This document shows positions 9,101-16,198 of a stretch of 34,122 nucleotides of DNA, piece by piece. The notes beneath the pieces are model-generated. The model ran no database searches, was not told where the DNA came from, and was given only the letters and a program-made list of their open reading frames with translations. The first letter of the stretch is position 1. Each line of letters begins with the position of its first letter. The translations under genes and the position numbers were made by a program. This DNA comes from a virus (Duplodnaviria; Caudoviricetes). The stretch spans positions 1 to 34,122 of IMG/VR virus record IMGVR_UViG_3300020379_001053, one strand, 5' to 3'.

Positions 9101-12001
9101 AGGACTGTTAGAAGAGTTTAATATGGTTAAGTGATAGACACCATCCTGTTGATCCTTAACATGCTTCTTAATTTCAGTAGATCTATAAGTATAGAAATTA
9201 GTAGCATAATCTTTCTTCTTGAAGTATGGAAGGTCAATAGTCCTTGTACTAGTATCATTATCAAATGTTCCTGGATCATCTGATAGTGCAACAGAGAATG
9301 ATCTATCAGAAATAATTCCAGTAACTTCTTTCTTAAAGTTATAACCAGATGTTCCAACACCAGTAGTGTTATTAGAACTTACAATATTAAGTATTTGAAC
9401 CTGAGCACCAGTTTCTAAGTTGTGTGGTATCTCAGTTGTAATTGTAGCAATACCAGTAGTGCTATTATAGTTCGCATCAGCAATAAATCTCTCATTACGC
9501 TGCTGAACAGCATTAGTAAGAGTAACTAACTGAATATTTGCTGTAGTTTCAATGTCAGCACAACTTTCTTGAACAACATATCCATCAATAGGAGGACGTG
9601 CAGAAGATACACCAGCAGGAACTACATAACGAGCACGATATAAACTATCCTGCTGTGATCTATCATCAGATCTTCTACTAATATAACTTCTAGGAGTGTT
9701 AGTTCCTATAGCAGTAGAGAATCCAATAACAGTAGAGTAAATATTATTCTCTGTAGCAGCCGTAGCAACGTTTACATACCACTGCTTTTCTCCAGTATCA
9801 TACTGAACTGGATGACCCACATCACCAGCAAGTTTATCAGAAACTCTAGACTCAATAGTAATAATACCACCCTTATTATTAAGAGTAGCAAAGTTATCAG
9901 CAAGTGCGTCTGTTTCGTTCTGTGCTAACTTAATCTGATTAGCACCCAAACTACTATCAATACTAGTATCAATAATATTATAAGTTAATTTCTCTTCGAT
10001 ACCGTCTGGTAGATGTCCATTTTCAGAACTAACTCTTACACTTTCTCCAGACAAGAAGTTATGATCAGAAGTTAGAGTTAAAATACTATTAGTAATACTG
10101 TTAATACCAACAGCAGATCTATCAAGAGTAAATGTCTTTACAGAACTGGGTTCATCAGAAGAGAACGCAGTATTATACATTATAATTCTGGCACTATACT
10201 CAGTAGTAACACCAGCAATAGGAAGAAGAACCTTTAACTTATCATCCTTCTTAGCACCTAAACGGAAACCTTGTAATACAGTCTCTGGTTTAACAGCAGA
10301 GTTAGTCTTGTCATAAAGATATAATCTTGATGTATTACCAACACTAAGAGTCTTGTTAACATCTAATGATACAAATTCTAGTGCAGAATCAGATGTTGTA
10401 ATCTCCTTAGGAGGAATAATGTGTGTAATATAACCTACATCATCTCTTGCGAATGCATTCTCTTTAAATCCATCAGCAACAAGACCAACAGCACCAAAAT
10501 TAGAGTTAGAGTTGGTAATAGATTGGTCACCACCACTCTCTGCTAAGAAATGTCCATTAAATCCAACAGCAAAACAGGATACAATCTGTAGAACACCATC
10601 ATTAGCACAACGAATATGATAGTTACTATAAGCAGGCTTATATCTTGCAAGTGAATTGGCAGTAATATTATCTACTGTTGTACTATCATCATATACACCA
10701 GAAGTAGTATTATACTTAACAAATGCTTTTGGATCCTTCTGAAGTGATATACCAGTGAACTGGGCAGCAACCATAGACTTAAATCCAGATGCCTTAGATC
10801 CATTAGCATATAAACCATTCATTCCATATACAGAAAGGAGTGAACAGTTAAAGATGTATGGAGATGCAGAACTTACAGTATCGACCTGTAACTCTGCCTT
10901 AGCATTAGATGGAGTCTCAAATAGAGTTGATGGAATAGTATCAACTTCATAAGTAAATGTGGTAGAACCAGAACCTACACTAGCAACAGTTCTCTGTCCA
11001 TTATATCCAGATGCAGTAACACCCTCGATACGTAATGGCATATCAACTGTAAGACCTGTAAGAGCAGTAGAAGTCTCAACACTAATAGTAGTATTACCAG
11101 TTACACCATCACCAGAACGAATAGAACTAATACCTACAGAACCACCTTTAGGTCCAACAATCCTTGTTTCATCAATAACAGGCTCAATATCAACATTTCC
11201 AGAAGGATAATCTGGAGCAATTGGTCTACCAGACGCATCATCATAAACGTCAGATATTTTATAGTAATAGTTGTTAAGATCAGTGAAGTCCTTAGATACA
11301 TTTAAGAAACTATCATTGATGTCAATATTATTAACACCATCGGCATACTCAAAACAAGTTAACTTGTGGTGAGAGAAGTTAGGTAAGAATGTGTTTTTAG
11401 TGTAATCCTTATATGCCTGTCCTGTTGGACTTGCATCAAATATACTAAACTGCCAGAAATAACATCCTCCAGTTACTCTGAAGAGAGCAGATGTCTCAAC
11501 ATTTGCATTTTCTGGATCTGGAACATACTTAGGACGTATTTTTGTCTTTCTTAGATCAAGTCCAACAATAGAAGTACCACGTGGAACAATAACACCACCA
11601 TGAATACTGTTTAACTGATACAGTACGTTACTTGAGGATTCTAAGTCAAAGTTTGACGTAAGGTCAAATGGAGATATTGCTAGTCCTGTCGTACCATCTC
11701 TACTCGTATATTCTGCTGTTCCACCACCACCATCATTTGCAATATATCCTGGTCTATTATCTACTACATGATCTCCTGGATATAATAGGATTGTTGTTTG
11801 GGCAAACCTATCATTCGACAATCCTGTCTGATATGAAAATCTTGATGCTTCTACTAAAGCACGTTGAATAGTCTTGAATGGGCGTGTCAGTGAGTTACCC
11901 TGATTCTCGATACTATCAGTCGCATCAAGATCCGTAGGGTTTACATATAATATATTTCCCCTGACACTCTTAAGGAAATTTTGCAGACGACTAAGAGGCA
12001 T
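6128..12001 (-). CDS. Large tail fibre / virion structural protein (1957 aa)
   Basis: N-terminus MPLSRLQNFL...RPFKTIQRAL resembles the conserved large fibre of T4-like cyanophages. VGIGTT repeats. C-terminal fibre module TLDLS...ISWSGG...TDIYSFQTFDGG...GQNFS. Confidence 0.8.
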   Translation of the reverse strand: MPLSRLQNFLKSVRGNILYVNPTDLDATDSIENQGNSLTRPFKTIQRALVEASRFSYQTGLSNDRFAQTTILLYPGDHVVDNRPGYIANDGGGGTAEYTSRDGTTGLAISPFDLTSNFDLESSSNVLYQLNSIHGGVIVPRGTSIVGLDLRKTKIRPKYVPDPENANVETSALFRVTGGCYFWQFSIFDASPTGQAYKDYTKNTFLPNFSHHKLTCFEYADGVNNIDINDSFLNVSKDFTDLNNYYYKISDVYDDASGRPIAPDYPSGNVDIEPVIDETRIVGPKGGSVGISSIRSGDGVTGNTTISVETSTALTGLTVDMPLRIEGVTASGYNGQRTVASVGSGSTTFTYEVDTIPSTLFETPSNAKAELQVDTVSSASPYIFNCSLLSVYGMNGLYANGSKASGFKSMVAAQFTGISLQKDPKAFVKYNTTSGVYDDSTTVDNITANSLARYKPAYSNYHIRCANDGVLQIVSCFAVGFNGHFLAESGGDQSITNSNSNFGAVGLVADGFKENAFARDDVGYITHIIPPKEITTSDSALEFVSLDVNKTLSVGNTSRLYLYDKTNSAVKPETVLQGFRLGAKKDDKLKVLLPIAGVTTEYSARIIMYNTAFSSDEPSSVKTFTLDRSAVGINSITNSILTLTSDHNFLSGESVRVSSENGHLPDGIEEKLTYNIIDTSIDSSLGANQIKLAQNETDALADNFATLNNKGGIITIESRVSDKLAGDVGHPVQYDTGEKQWYVNVATAATENNIYSTVIGFSTAIGTNTPRSYISRRSDDRSQQDSLYRARYVVPAGVSSARPPIDGYVVQESCADIETTANIQLVTLTNAVQQRNERFIADANYNSTTGIATITTEIPHNLETGAQVQILNIVSSNNTTGVGTSGYNFKKEVTGIISDRSFSVALSDDPGTFDNDTSTRTIDLPYFKKKDYATNFYTYRSTEIKKHVKDQQDGVYHLTILNSSNSPNISPFSSEKFSQNIIDLYPQVDRDNIDSDPQFARSFATPDNIGEVLTNDLKKSITKENLIRFGRDSKVGLAITDIVSDIVVGTSHTIYTDRDHGLFGVKSVGLGSTGFGYGSGAAGTLYNATLTAIGSSTVGKSATAEVDVDAIGGITSIRIINPGSVFAIGNTMAVTGIATTTGFVQGTVEVLSLFDNTNDSIEVLGVTSNTYSSRNTNYQVTGYTIGESKEIQVSTGSSLSGIGVASTTGIGATVCARAMMFNAGPGIGITSFEYDYLSGIATVGSGNTAHGAAVGNVLNFTGTANTAYSGNFRVTEVVGITTFKVTLGVGTESPTETGFGTFIALKKGYAANDGAISLEDENLSSRMIPILSGITTTLNAAVSTKTGTSVEITNSFNSGIQQGNYIQIDEEIMRVATVPVGGTNAVTVLRGQLGTRRNTHVDGSVVKIVSPIATEFRRNSILRASGHTFEYVGFGPGNYSTALPDKIDRVLTSKQELLAQSLKKSGGVNVYTGMNDKGNFYVGNKKVNSTTGQEEVVDAPIATVTGEDLDIASGTAVGLDIITPLEVTVSRALKVEGGTDSNIISEFDGPVLFNKKVTSLGEGGIEANSFFIQGNATVAREVSVINTTPTVNGNPGDIKFFSDPSSGGSVGWVFTVENGWRKFGDVSTSATADISIFDQVGIGTTTPNANELQIGSGSTVIVSAAGSLGVGVTSPVYKLDVYGGIQATGIITAGTYLYGDGSNITNLPADSEWNRTDAGINTTSTNVGLGTTNPGYSLEIKGGSTGNSGDLYVEGDSQFVGVSTLATVRATVLSATDVNLSDADGSIVVGVQTVNGEFYVGAGGTAIYHENGKVGIASSSPDNQATVDIGARTKLNDYFEKVTTVTSSSGVVTLDLSKSRAFDLTTSEGITEFVLSNRLDSDDHTTFTLKIQQASTAYPVGINTFKQTSGGTAIPISWSGGVVPSVVSVGLKTDIYSFQTFDGGASLFGVVVGQNFS

Positions 12002-12031
12002 CTTCTTTATAACCAGGTATTTGCTATATTT

Positions 12032-12044
12032 TATTTAGTAAATA
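12032..12044. promoter_or_regulatory. Back-to-back divergent late promoter cores TATTTA-G-TAAATA
   Basis: Inverted repeat giving TAAATA on both strands, in the 65-nt gap between divergent genes (12001 minus, 12067 plus). Confidence 0.55.
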
Positions 12045-12066
12045 TAAGAGGAACCTATTTATAGCT

Positions 12067-12327
12067 ATGGACTTACAAAAAATGGCAACGGCTGGAACAG
12101 CAGTAGCAGTTATTGGTACTGGTTCAATTGTAGGGGGTAATCAAGCGATTGATCACTACAGTGGAGGACCACAAAAGAGAGCAAAAGCAGAAGCAACTGA
12201 ACTTCGACAAATAGTCAGAGAAGAAGTTAGAGAGGCTCTTTACCAAGCATGGCCAAAAACCACTGGTTCTGTGCAAGGTATACAACCACAGGGTGATTAT
12301 CGTAATAAATTACCAGAAAACAAATGA
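12067..12327 (+). CDS. Small hypothetical protein with N-terminal hydrophobic segment and helical region (86 aa)
   Basis: AGAGGA upstream. Apolar MATAGTAVAVIGTGSIVGG followed by a charged helix. ATGA overlap with the next gene. Confidence 0.7.
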   Translation: MDLQKMATAGTAVAVIGTGSIVGGNQAIDHYSGGPQKRAKAEATELRQIVREEVREALYQAWPKTTGSVQGIQPQGDYRNKLPENK

Positions 12328-13250
12328 TTCCTGACATTCATGATGCAGGTATTGGTAATATAAACACCAATAATATCAATGTACCCAATGTTGGTATTAG
12401 TGGAATAAATATTAGATCTATTTACACTGTTCAAACTAATTCAACCAATATTATGGAAATATCAGATAAACGTATATGGATGATTAATCAACCATATACA
12501 GGTGAAATGGATGTACCAGTCACAGTACAAATTGGTAAACCAATTGTGGATATGCCTGGTTGTGTGGCAATGCAGAAAGAAAATGCCAGAAGGAAAAATG
12601 GTGTTAATGTCGTATCAGAAAATAAAAATTTAGTAAATGACGACCCAAAAGGAAACGTCGTACTATGTGATGGAGGAATGCCATATTTCAATCCAGTCAA
12701 TTATGAAGCAAATAGATTACAATGGCAAACCATTTACGGAGAACAAGAATATAACCAAGGAGGAGTTGACACTGGTGACCCACCAGACCCTATTGCTCCA
12801 GAAACACCAAAACCCCCTGTAACAGGCGGAAACACCTCAGAGGATCAACCATGCCCTCCACCCAATGCAAGACGCATAGGAGACTTAAATCAGGCAGGTA
12901 CAGAAAAAGTTAAAGAATATGAATTACAACGAGATCCTAAAAATCCAGATGAATATATCTGTGTAACCCTATGGGAAGATATTGGATTTGTAGAAAAATA
13001 TTTACCTTCTGCTAATGTTGTAACAACTACAGCCTCTATTGCTGTGGTAGCGACTTCATCTGCCCTACTTGCCAAACCCCTAGCGGATTTACTCCTGAAA
13101 GTGATAAAGCCTGCGATAAAGAAGACGATGGCGAAGATTCAGAAGATGATGGGGAAGGAGGAGAAGATTCTATCTCTTCAAGAGAGGAAGATGAAGCAGA
13201 AGGAGGCGAATGCTGCGGTGAAGGCTGCTCGTCTCCTTCAGGGAAAGTAA
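12324..13250 (+). CDS. Hypothetical membrane-anchored protein (308 aa)
   Basis: Four Cys, Pro-rich linker, C-terminal hydrophobic segment (VVTTTASIAVVATSSALLAKPLADLLL) followed by a Lys-rich helix. Confidence 0.8.
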   Translation: MIPDIHDAGIGNINTNNINVPNVGISGINIRSIYTVQTNSTNIMEISDKRIWMINQPYTGEMDVPVTVQIGKPIVDMPGCVAMQKENARRKNGVNVVSENKNLVNDDPKGNVVLCDGGMPYFNPVNYEANRLQWQTIYGEQEYNQGGVDTGDPPDPIAPETPKPPVTGGNTSEDQPCPPPNARRIGDLNQAGTEKVKEYELQRDPKNPDEYICVTLWEDIGFVEKYLPSANVVTTTASIAVVATSSALLAKPLADLLLKVIKPAIKKTMAKIQKMMGKEEKILSLQERKMKQKEANAAVKAARLLQGK

Positions 13251-14379
13251 GTTGAGGTAAGTCGTGTGAATGAGGTTTAATAGTTCCTGGTGGATTTACC
13301 AATACCACATCAGCACATATAGAAGCATAAGGTGACTTAGGATGGAACATAATTCCAGATTTCATGAGTTCACCACAATTTTTAAGTCTAGCTATTTCAA
13401 AATCTAACCGCTTATTAGCAGTTAATTGCTTTTGTTGCTCTATTTGTGTCGTAGCTGCTTGCTTACAAAGTTGTTGTAATTTCTTATCAAGTGGTAATGA
13501 AAATGTAGCAGATAATCCAATATTAAAATTATTGTTTGCCTTCATTTCAGTACGAACTGGTTTTTCCCAGATTACTTGTCCTGGATTATCTGGTATTCCA
13601 TCGCCAACTACAACATCCTGTGTAATAACCATATCTGCACCATCTTCCCACCATCTATCTGGATTACCATCCCCATCCTCATCATACTTAGGATCATTGG
13701 GATCAGTTCTTACCCTAGTATCATACCAAGATTCCCAAGGATAGTTCTTAACAGTGACTTGTTGCTCTACCGTTTTACCTTCAACATCAATATTATTGTA
13801 TTGTGGTTCATAATAAACTCTTTCAAATGGATCGCTCCAAGTATTACTATATTGAATATATGGTGTCGCATTAAAAGTTGAACCTTGACAACTTATCTGA
13901 TTGCCATAAGTATTAGTCACGTATGGACCTTGCAAAACCTGAATAGCTTGGTTCGTGACTGAGCCCGAACTATTGGCTATAGGATTAGCAGTTGCTGATA
14001 CACCACCAACATTCTCTGCTAATGCTATGGTGGGATTAACTACAGTTAGTAGTGAAGCCCCTATTGCGTAAAGGTGCTTGTTGTATCTGTGACGGATTTT
14101 ACGGCGGTTACTCTTTGTATTATTGTCTGGTTGGTCATCCCTGGTCCAGAATAACTTTGAGTAAATTGGAAACTTCCTCCTGGTTCGGAGATTGTAAATT
14201 GTCCTGCCGTTGAGAGATCTAATGAGTCGAAGGAACTTGTTAGTGCTCCTGTTACTCCTGTTCCCTCTGTGGCAGTTGTTGCCGTCGCTGGTGTTATTGT
14301 CACCTGAGTAGAATTGACTGTGGGGTTTAAAGCCGCACCATCGTTCTCGATGCCCATCCCAGTCACTGTGTATTCCCAT
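13036..14379 (-). CDS. Putative exported / outer-membrane protein; start codon uncertain
   Basis: Signal-peptide-like KHLYAIGASLLTVVNPTIALA|EN at about 14080-14015. Amphipathic strand NFNIGLSATFSLPLD followed by a long helix. DEDGDG motif. The only in-frame ATG upstream of the signal-like segment is at 14379. Confidence 0.75.
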   Translation of the reverse strand: MGIHSDWDGHRERWCGFKPHSQFYSGDNNTSDGNNCHRGNRSNRSTNKFLRLIRSLNGRTIYNLRTRRKFPIYSKLFWTRDDQPDNNTKSNRRKIRHRYNKHLYAIGASLLTVVNPTIALAENVGGVSATANPIANSSGSVTNQAIQVLQGPYVTNTYGNQISCQGSTFNATPYIQYSNTWSDPFERVYYEPQYNNIDVEGKTVEQQVTVKNYPWESWYDTRVRTDPNDPKYDEDGDGNPDRWWEDGADMVITQDVVVGDGIPDNPGQVIWEKPVRTEMKANNNFNIGLSATFSLPLDKKLQQLCKQAATTQIEQQKQLTANKRLDFEIARLKNCGELMKSGIMFHPKSPYASICADVVLVNPPGTIKPHSHDLPQLTFPEGDEQPSPQHSPPSASSSSLEEIESSPPSPSSSESSPSSSLSQALSLSGVNPLGVWQVGQMKSLPQQ

Positions 14380-14543
14380 CCTGTCCTGTAATCAATTGAG
14401 TTTATAGTTTCAGTTATTGTGGATTCAGTCTCAGTATGGCTCGTCATTGAGCCCTGCTGAAAATTGGGAACCACAGGTACTGCAAGGGTTTTCGTCGGTA
14501 ATAATAATAAAAATAGTAGAAAGAATTTCTTCATCCTAATCAC
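14061..14543 (-). CDS. Secreted Thr-rich beta-strand protein (160 aa)
   Basis: Signal peptide MKKFFLLFLLLLPTKTLA. Thr/Ser/Gly-rich mature part. True start may be the internal Met of MKK. Confidence 0.85.
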   Translation of the reverse strand: MIRMKKFFLLFLLLLPTKTLAVPVVPNFQQGSMTSHTETESTITETINSIDYRTGWEYTVTGMGIENDGAALNPTVNSTQVTITPATATTATEGTGVTGALTSSFDSLDLSTAGQFTISEPGGSFQFTQSYSGPGMTNQTIIQRVTAVKSVTDTTSTFTQ

Positions 14544-15097
14544 CGTATTGTGACCTCTGATACGATTTGGCCAGTAGCTGTAGTACCACTTCCACCAGCT
14601 GTTAAAGTAATTGCTCCATCTGTCGCAATCGTACCAGCTAATGAACCAGTATATCCGCCTGCTGTCGTTGTAGTATTACCAAATGCTGGTAAATCAGTAA
14701 CGTTACCCCATGCCTGTTGTGCAGAAGGAGTTCCACTACTATCAGCAGCAGTATAGACATATGCTGTGACATCACTACCAGCACCGATGGTATTAGTAGC
14801 ATCGCCTAATGTGAAGCTTTCAGTAAGGCTGAATGCATCACCAGCTGTGGTGACAGTATATACACCATCAGTATGTCCAGCAGCTGCTGTAGCACCAGTC
14901 TGGGCTGTTAACCCACCCATAGTACCAGCAGTGATGTTAGTACCTTGGACGGTATAACTACTTCCAATTCTCTGTGCATTACTAGCTGCGGCATCCACCG
15001 TCAGCTGAGTACTCGCAGAAATTCGATGCACAATATCAGCTTTTACACCACTTGCACCTAAAAATAATAATGAAGCAATCAATAAGATTTTCTTCAT
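14540..15097 (-). CDS. Secreted Thr/Ala/Gly-rich protein (185 aa), probable paralogue of the downstream gene
   Basis: Signal peptide MKKILLIASLLFLGASGVKA. Shares a motif (YTVTTAGDAFSLTESF vs FTISEPGGSFQFTQSY) with the 160-aa protein. Confidence 0.85.
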   Translation of the reverse strand: MKKILLIASLLFLGASGVKADIVHRISASTQLTVDAAASNAQRIGSSYTVQGTNITAGTMGGLTAQTGATAAAGHTDGVYTVTTAGDAFSLTESFTLGDATNTIGAGSDVTAYVYTAADSSGTPSAQQAWGNVTDLPAFGNTTTTAGGYTGSLAGTIATDGAITLTAGGSGTTATGQIVSEVTIR

Positions 15098-15153
15098 CTG
15101 AAAATTACACTATATGCTTTTATATATATGAACTTTTGCTAATTAAGAGATTA

Positions 15154-15297
15154 TTAAGATAAATCAACTTTTCTTAATTTCTCGAAATATGACGTTTCTA
15201 GTGGTTTTTTTGATTTTATGAAATTACCGTCTTTTACTTCATATCCGTAATATTCGCATATTTCCAGATAAAAGTCAGAATACTTATCTTCGTTCAT
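15154..15297 (-). CDS. Small hypothetical protein (47 aa), below the ORF track cut-off
   Basis: Manual translation MNEDKYSDFYLEICEYYGYEVKDGNFIKSKKPLETSYFEKLRKVDLS*. Same strand as its neighbours and fills the gap. No clear RBS. Confidence 0.5.
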   Translation of the reverse strand: MNEDKYSDFYLEICEYYGYEVKDGNFIKSKKPLETSYFEKLRKVDLS

Positions 15298-15314
15298 TTT
15301 CTAAAAAAGTAATA

Positions 15315-15346
15315 GGGCAAAAAATGCCTTGAATTTTTTTTCGGGC
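15315..15346 (-). terminator. Possible intrinsic terminator or structured element
   Basis: Minus strand GCCCGAA-AAAAAA-TTCAAGGC followed by ATTTTTT, an imperfect stem. Alternative stem GGCA-TTTTT-TGCC. Confidence 0.35.
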
Positions 15347-15376
15347 TTTAATGGAATCAAAAATCGAAATAATATA

Positions 15377-15775
15377 TCAGCCTCCATCTATAGCACATCC
15401 TATCATGGAACCACCAATGATACCAGCAGGTATTGCCCACCATCTATCTTTACCACGTGAACCAAACCCTGCTAGTCCACCACCAAGTAATCCACCTGCT
15501 ACTGTACCTTCAGAGCAATCATTAGTGTCTACATTCTCATAGACAGTAACATGTCTCTTATATACTCTACCCTCTGCTGTGTCACCATTACAAGGGACTT
15601 CTAGGGTTTCATTCCATGATTTTACATAACCAGGATCATTAGCATCACCAGGTACATATTCTTCTCGATACTCTGTCTTAAAACAAGTACGACTAGAAGA
15701 ATATCCTGGTTGATAGTCTGCTAGTGCTGGACTAACAGAACCAAAGGCAATAAGAGCAGCAAGTGCGATTTTCAT
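15377..15775 (-). CDS. Exported protein with C-terminal glycine-zipper (2TM) domain (132 aa)
   Basis: Signal peptide MKIALAALIAFGSVSPALA. GTVAGGLLGGGLAG...AGIIGGSMIG GxxxG repeats. Four Cys. Confidence 0.85.
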   Translation of the reverse strand: MKIALAALIAFGSVSPALADYQPGYSSSRTCFKTEYREEYVPGDANDPGYVKSWNETLEVPCNGDTAEGRVYKRHVTVYENVDTNDCSEGTVAGGLLGGGLAGFGSRGKDRWWAIPAGIIGGSMIGCAIDGG

Positions 15776-15966
15776 GTTTTAGAAACAGTAGGTTCAGTGT
15801 AAACTAATTCGTCATCCAACATGGTACGACATAAATTTAAAACGTCCATAAATTGCTCAGTAGTTTCGCATGTAACAGTCCTAGTCTCTCCATCACTACT
15901 ATAAAGATAGAAAGTGCGAGCAGTGGTATCAACCACACATCTAGTTAACCAAGCATCATCTTCCAA
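15772..15966 (-). CDS. Hypothetical protein (64 aa; start revised to TTG at 15966)
   Basis: In-frame TTG preceded by GGAGG at 9-nt spacing. This start gives a short overlap with the upstream gene, unlike the 15999 start in the track. Confidence 0.65.
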   Translation of the reverse strand: MEDDAWLTRCVVDTTARTFYLYSSDGETRTVTCETTEQFMDVLNLCRTMLDDELVYTEPTVSKT

Positions 15967-16174
15967 GTTCTTCAGCCTCCACAACATAGAAACAATCAAT
16001 ATTATTTCCTGAGTTGGATCTTACCTCAATAAATTTTCCATAATCAATCGAACTAACATATAATTCTTGCCACACCCTATGAGGTGTGAGGTGAACCACA
16101 ATTGATTCTGGGTTCACTTCTTCAGGAATTACAATGCGGTTTCCAACTTTTAAACGTCCAGTGAGTTTCATCAT
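15956..16174 (-). CDS. Stand-alone copy of the C-terminal domain of the upstream 254-aa protein (72 aa)
   Basis: GRLK...ESIVVHLTP...QEL...SNSGNNIDCFYVVEAE aligns with GRLR...ESISVQLQP...QDI...SNGGLPIDCFYHVYAE. Confidence 0.7.
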   Translation of the reverse strand: MMKLTGRLKVGNRIVIPEEVNPESIVVHLTPHRVWQELYVSSIDYGKFIEVRSNSGNNIDCFYVVEAEELGR

Positions 16175-16198
16175 AATCTGACAGATAGAAATATTATA

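Noticed and set aside
1969-11871. Short ORFs nested in or antisense to the fibre genes
   Set aside because: Shadow ORFs with no independent evidence
1-12001. Diversity-generating retroelement or invertible tail fibre system
   Set aside because: No reverse transcriptase or invertase, and no long near-identical repeat pair seen in this window
14160-14200. Tat-like motif TRRKF in the N-terminal extension of the 447-aa ORF
   Set aside because: Not followed by a hydrophobic helix at the expected distance
15351-15542. 63-aa plus-strand Pro-rich ORF
   Set aside because: Antisense to the glycine-zipper codons, which explains its Pro content
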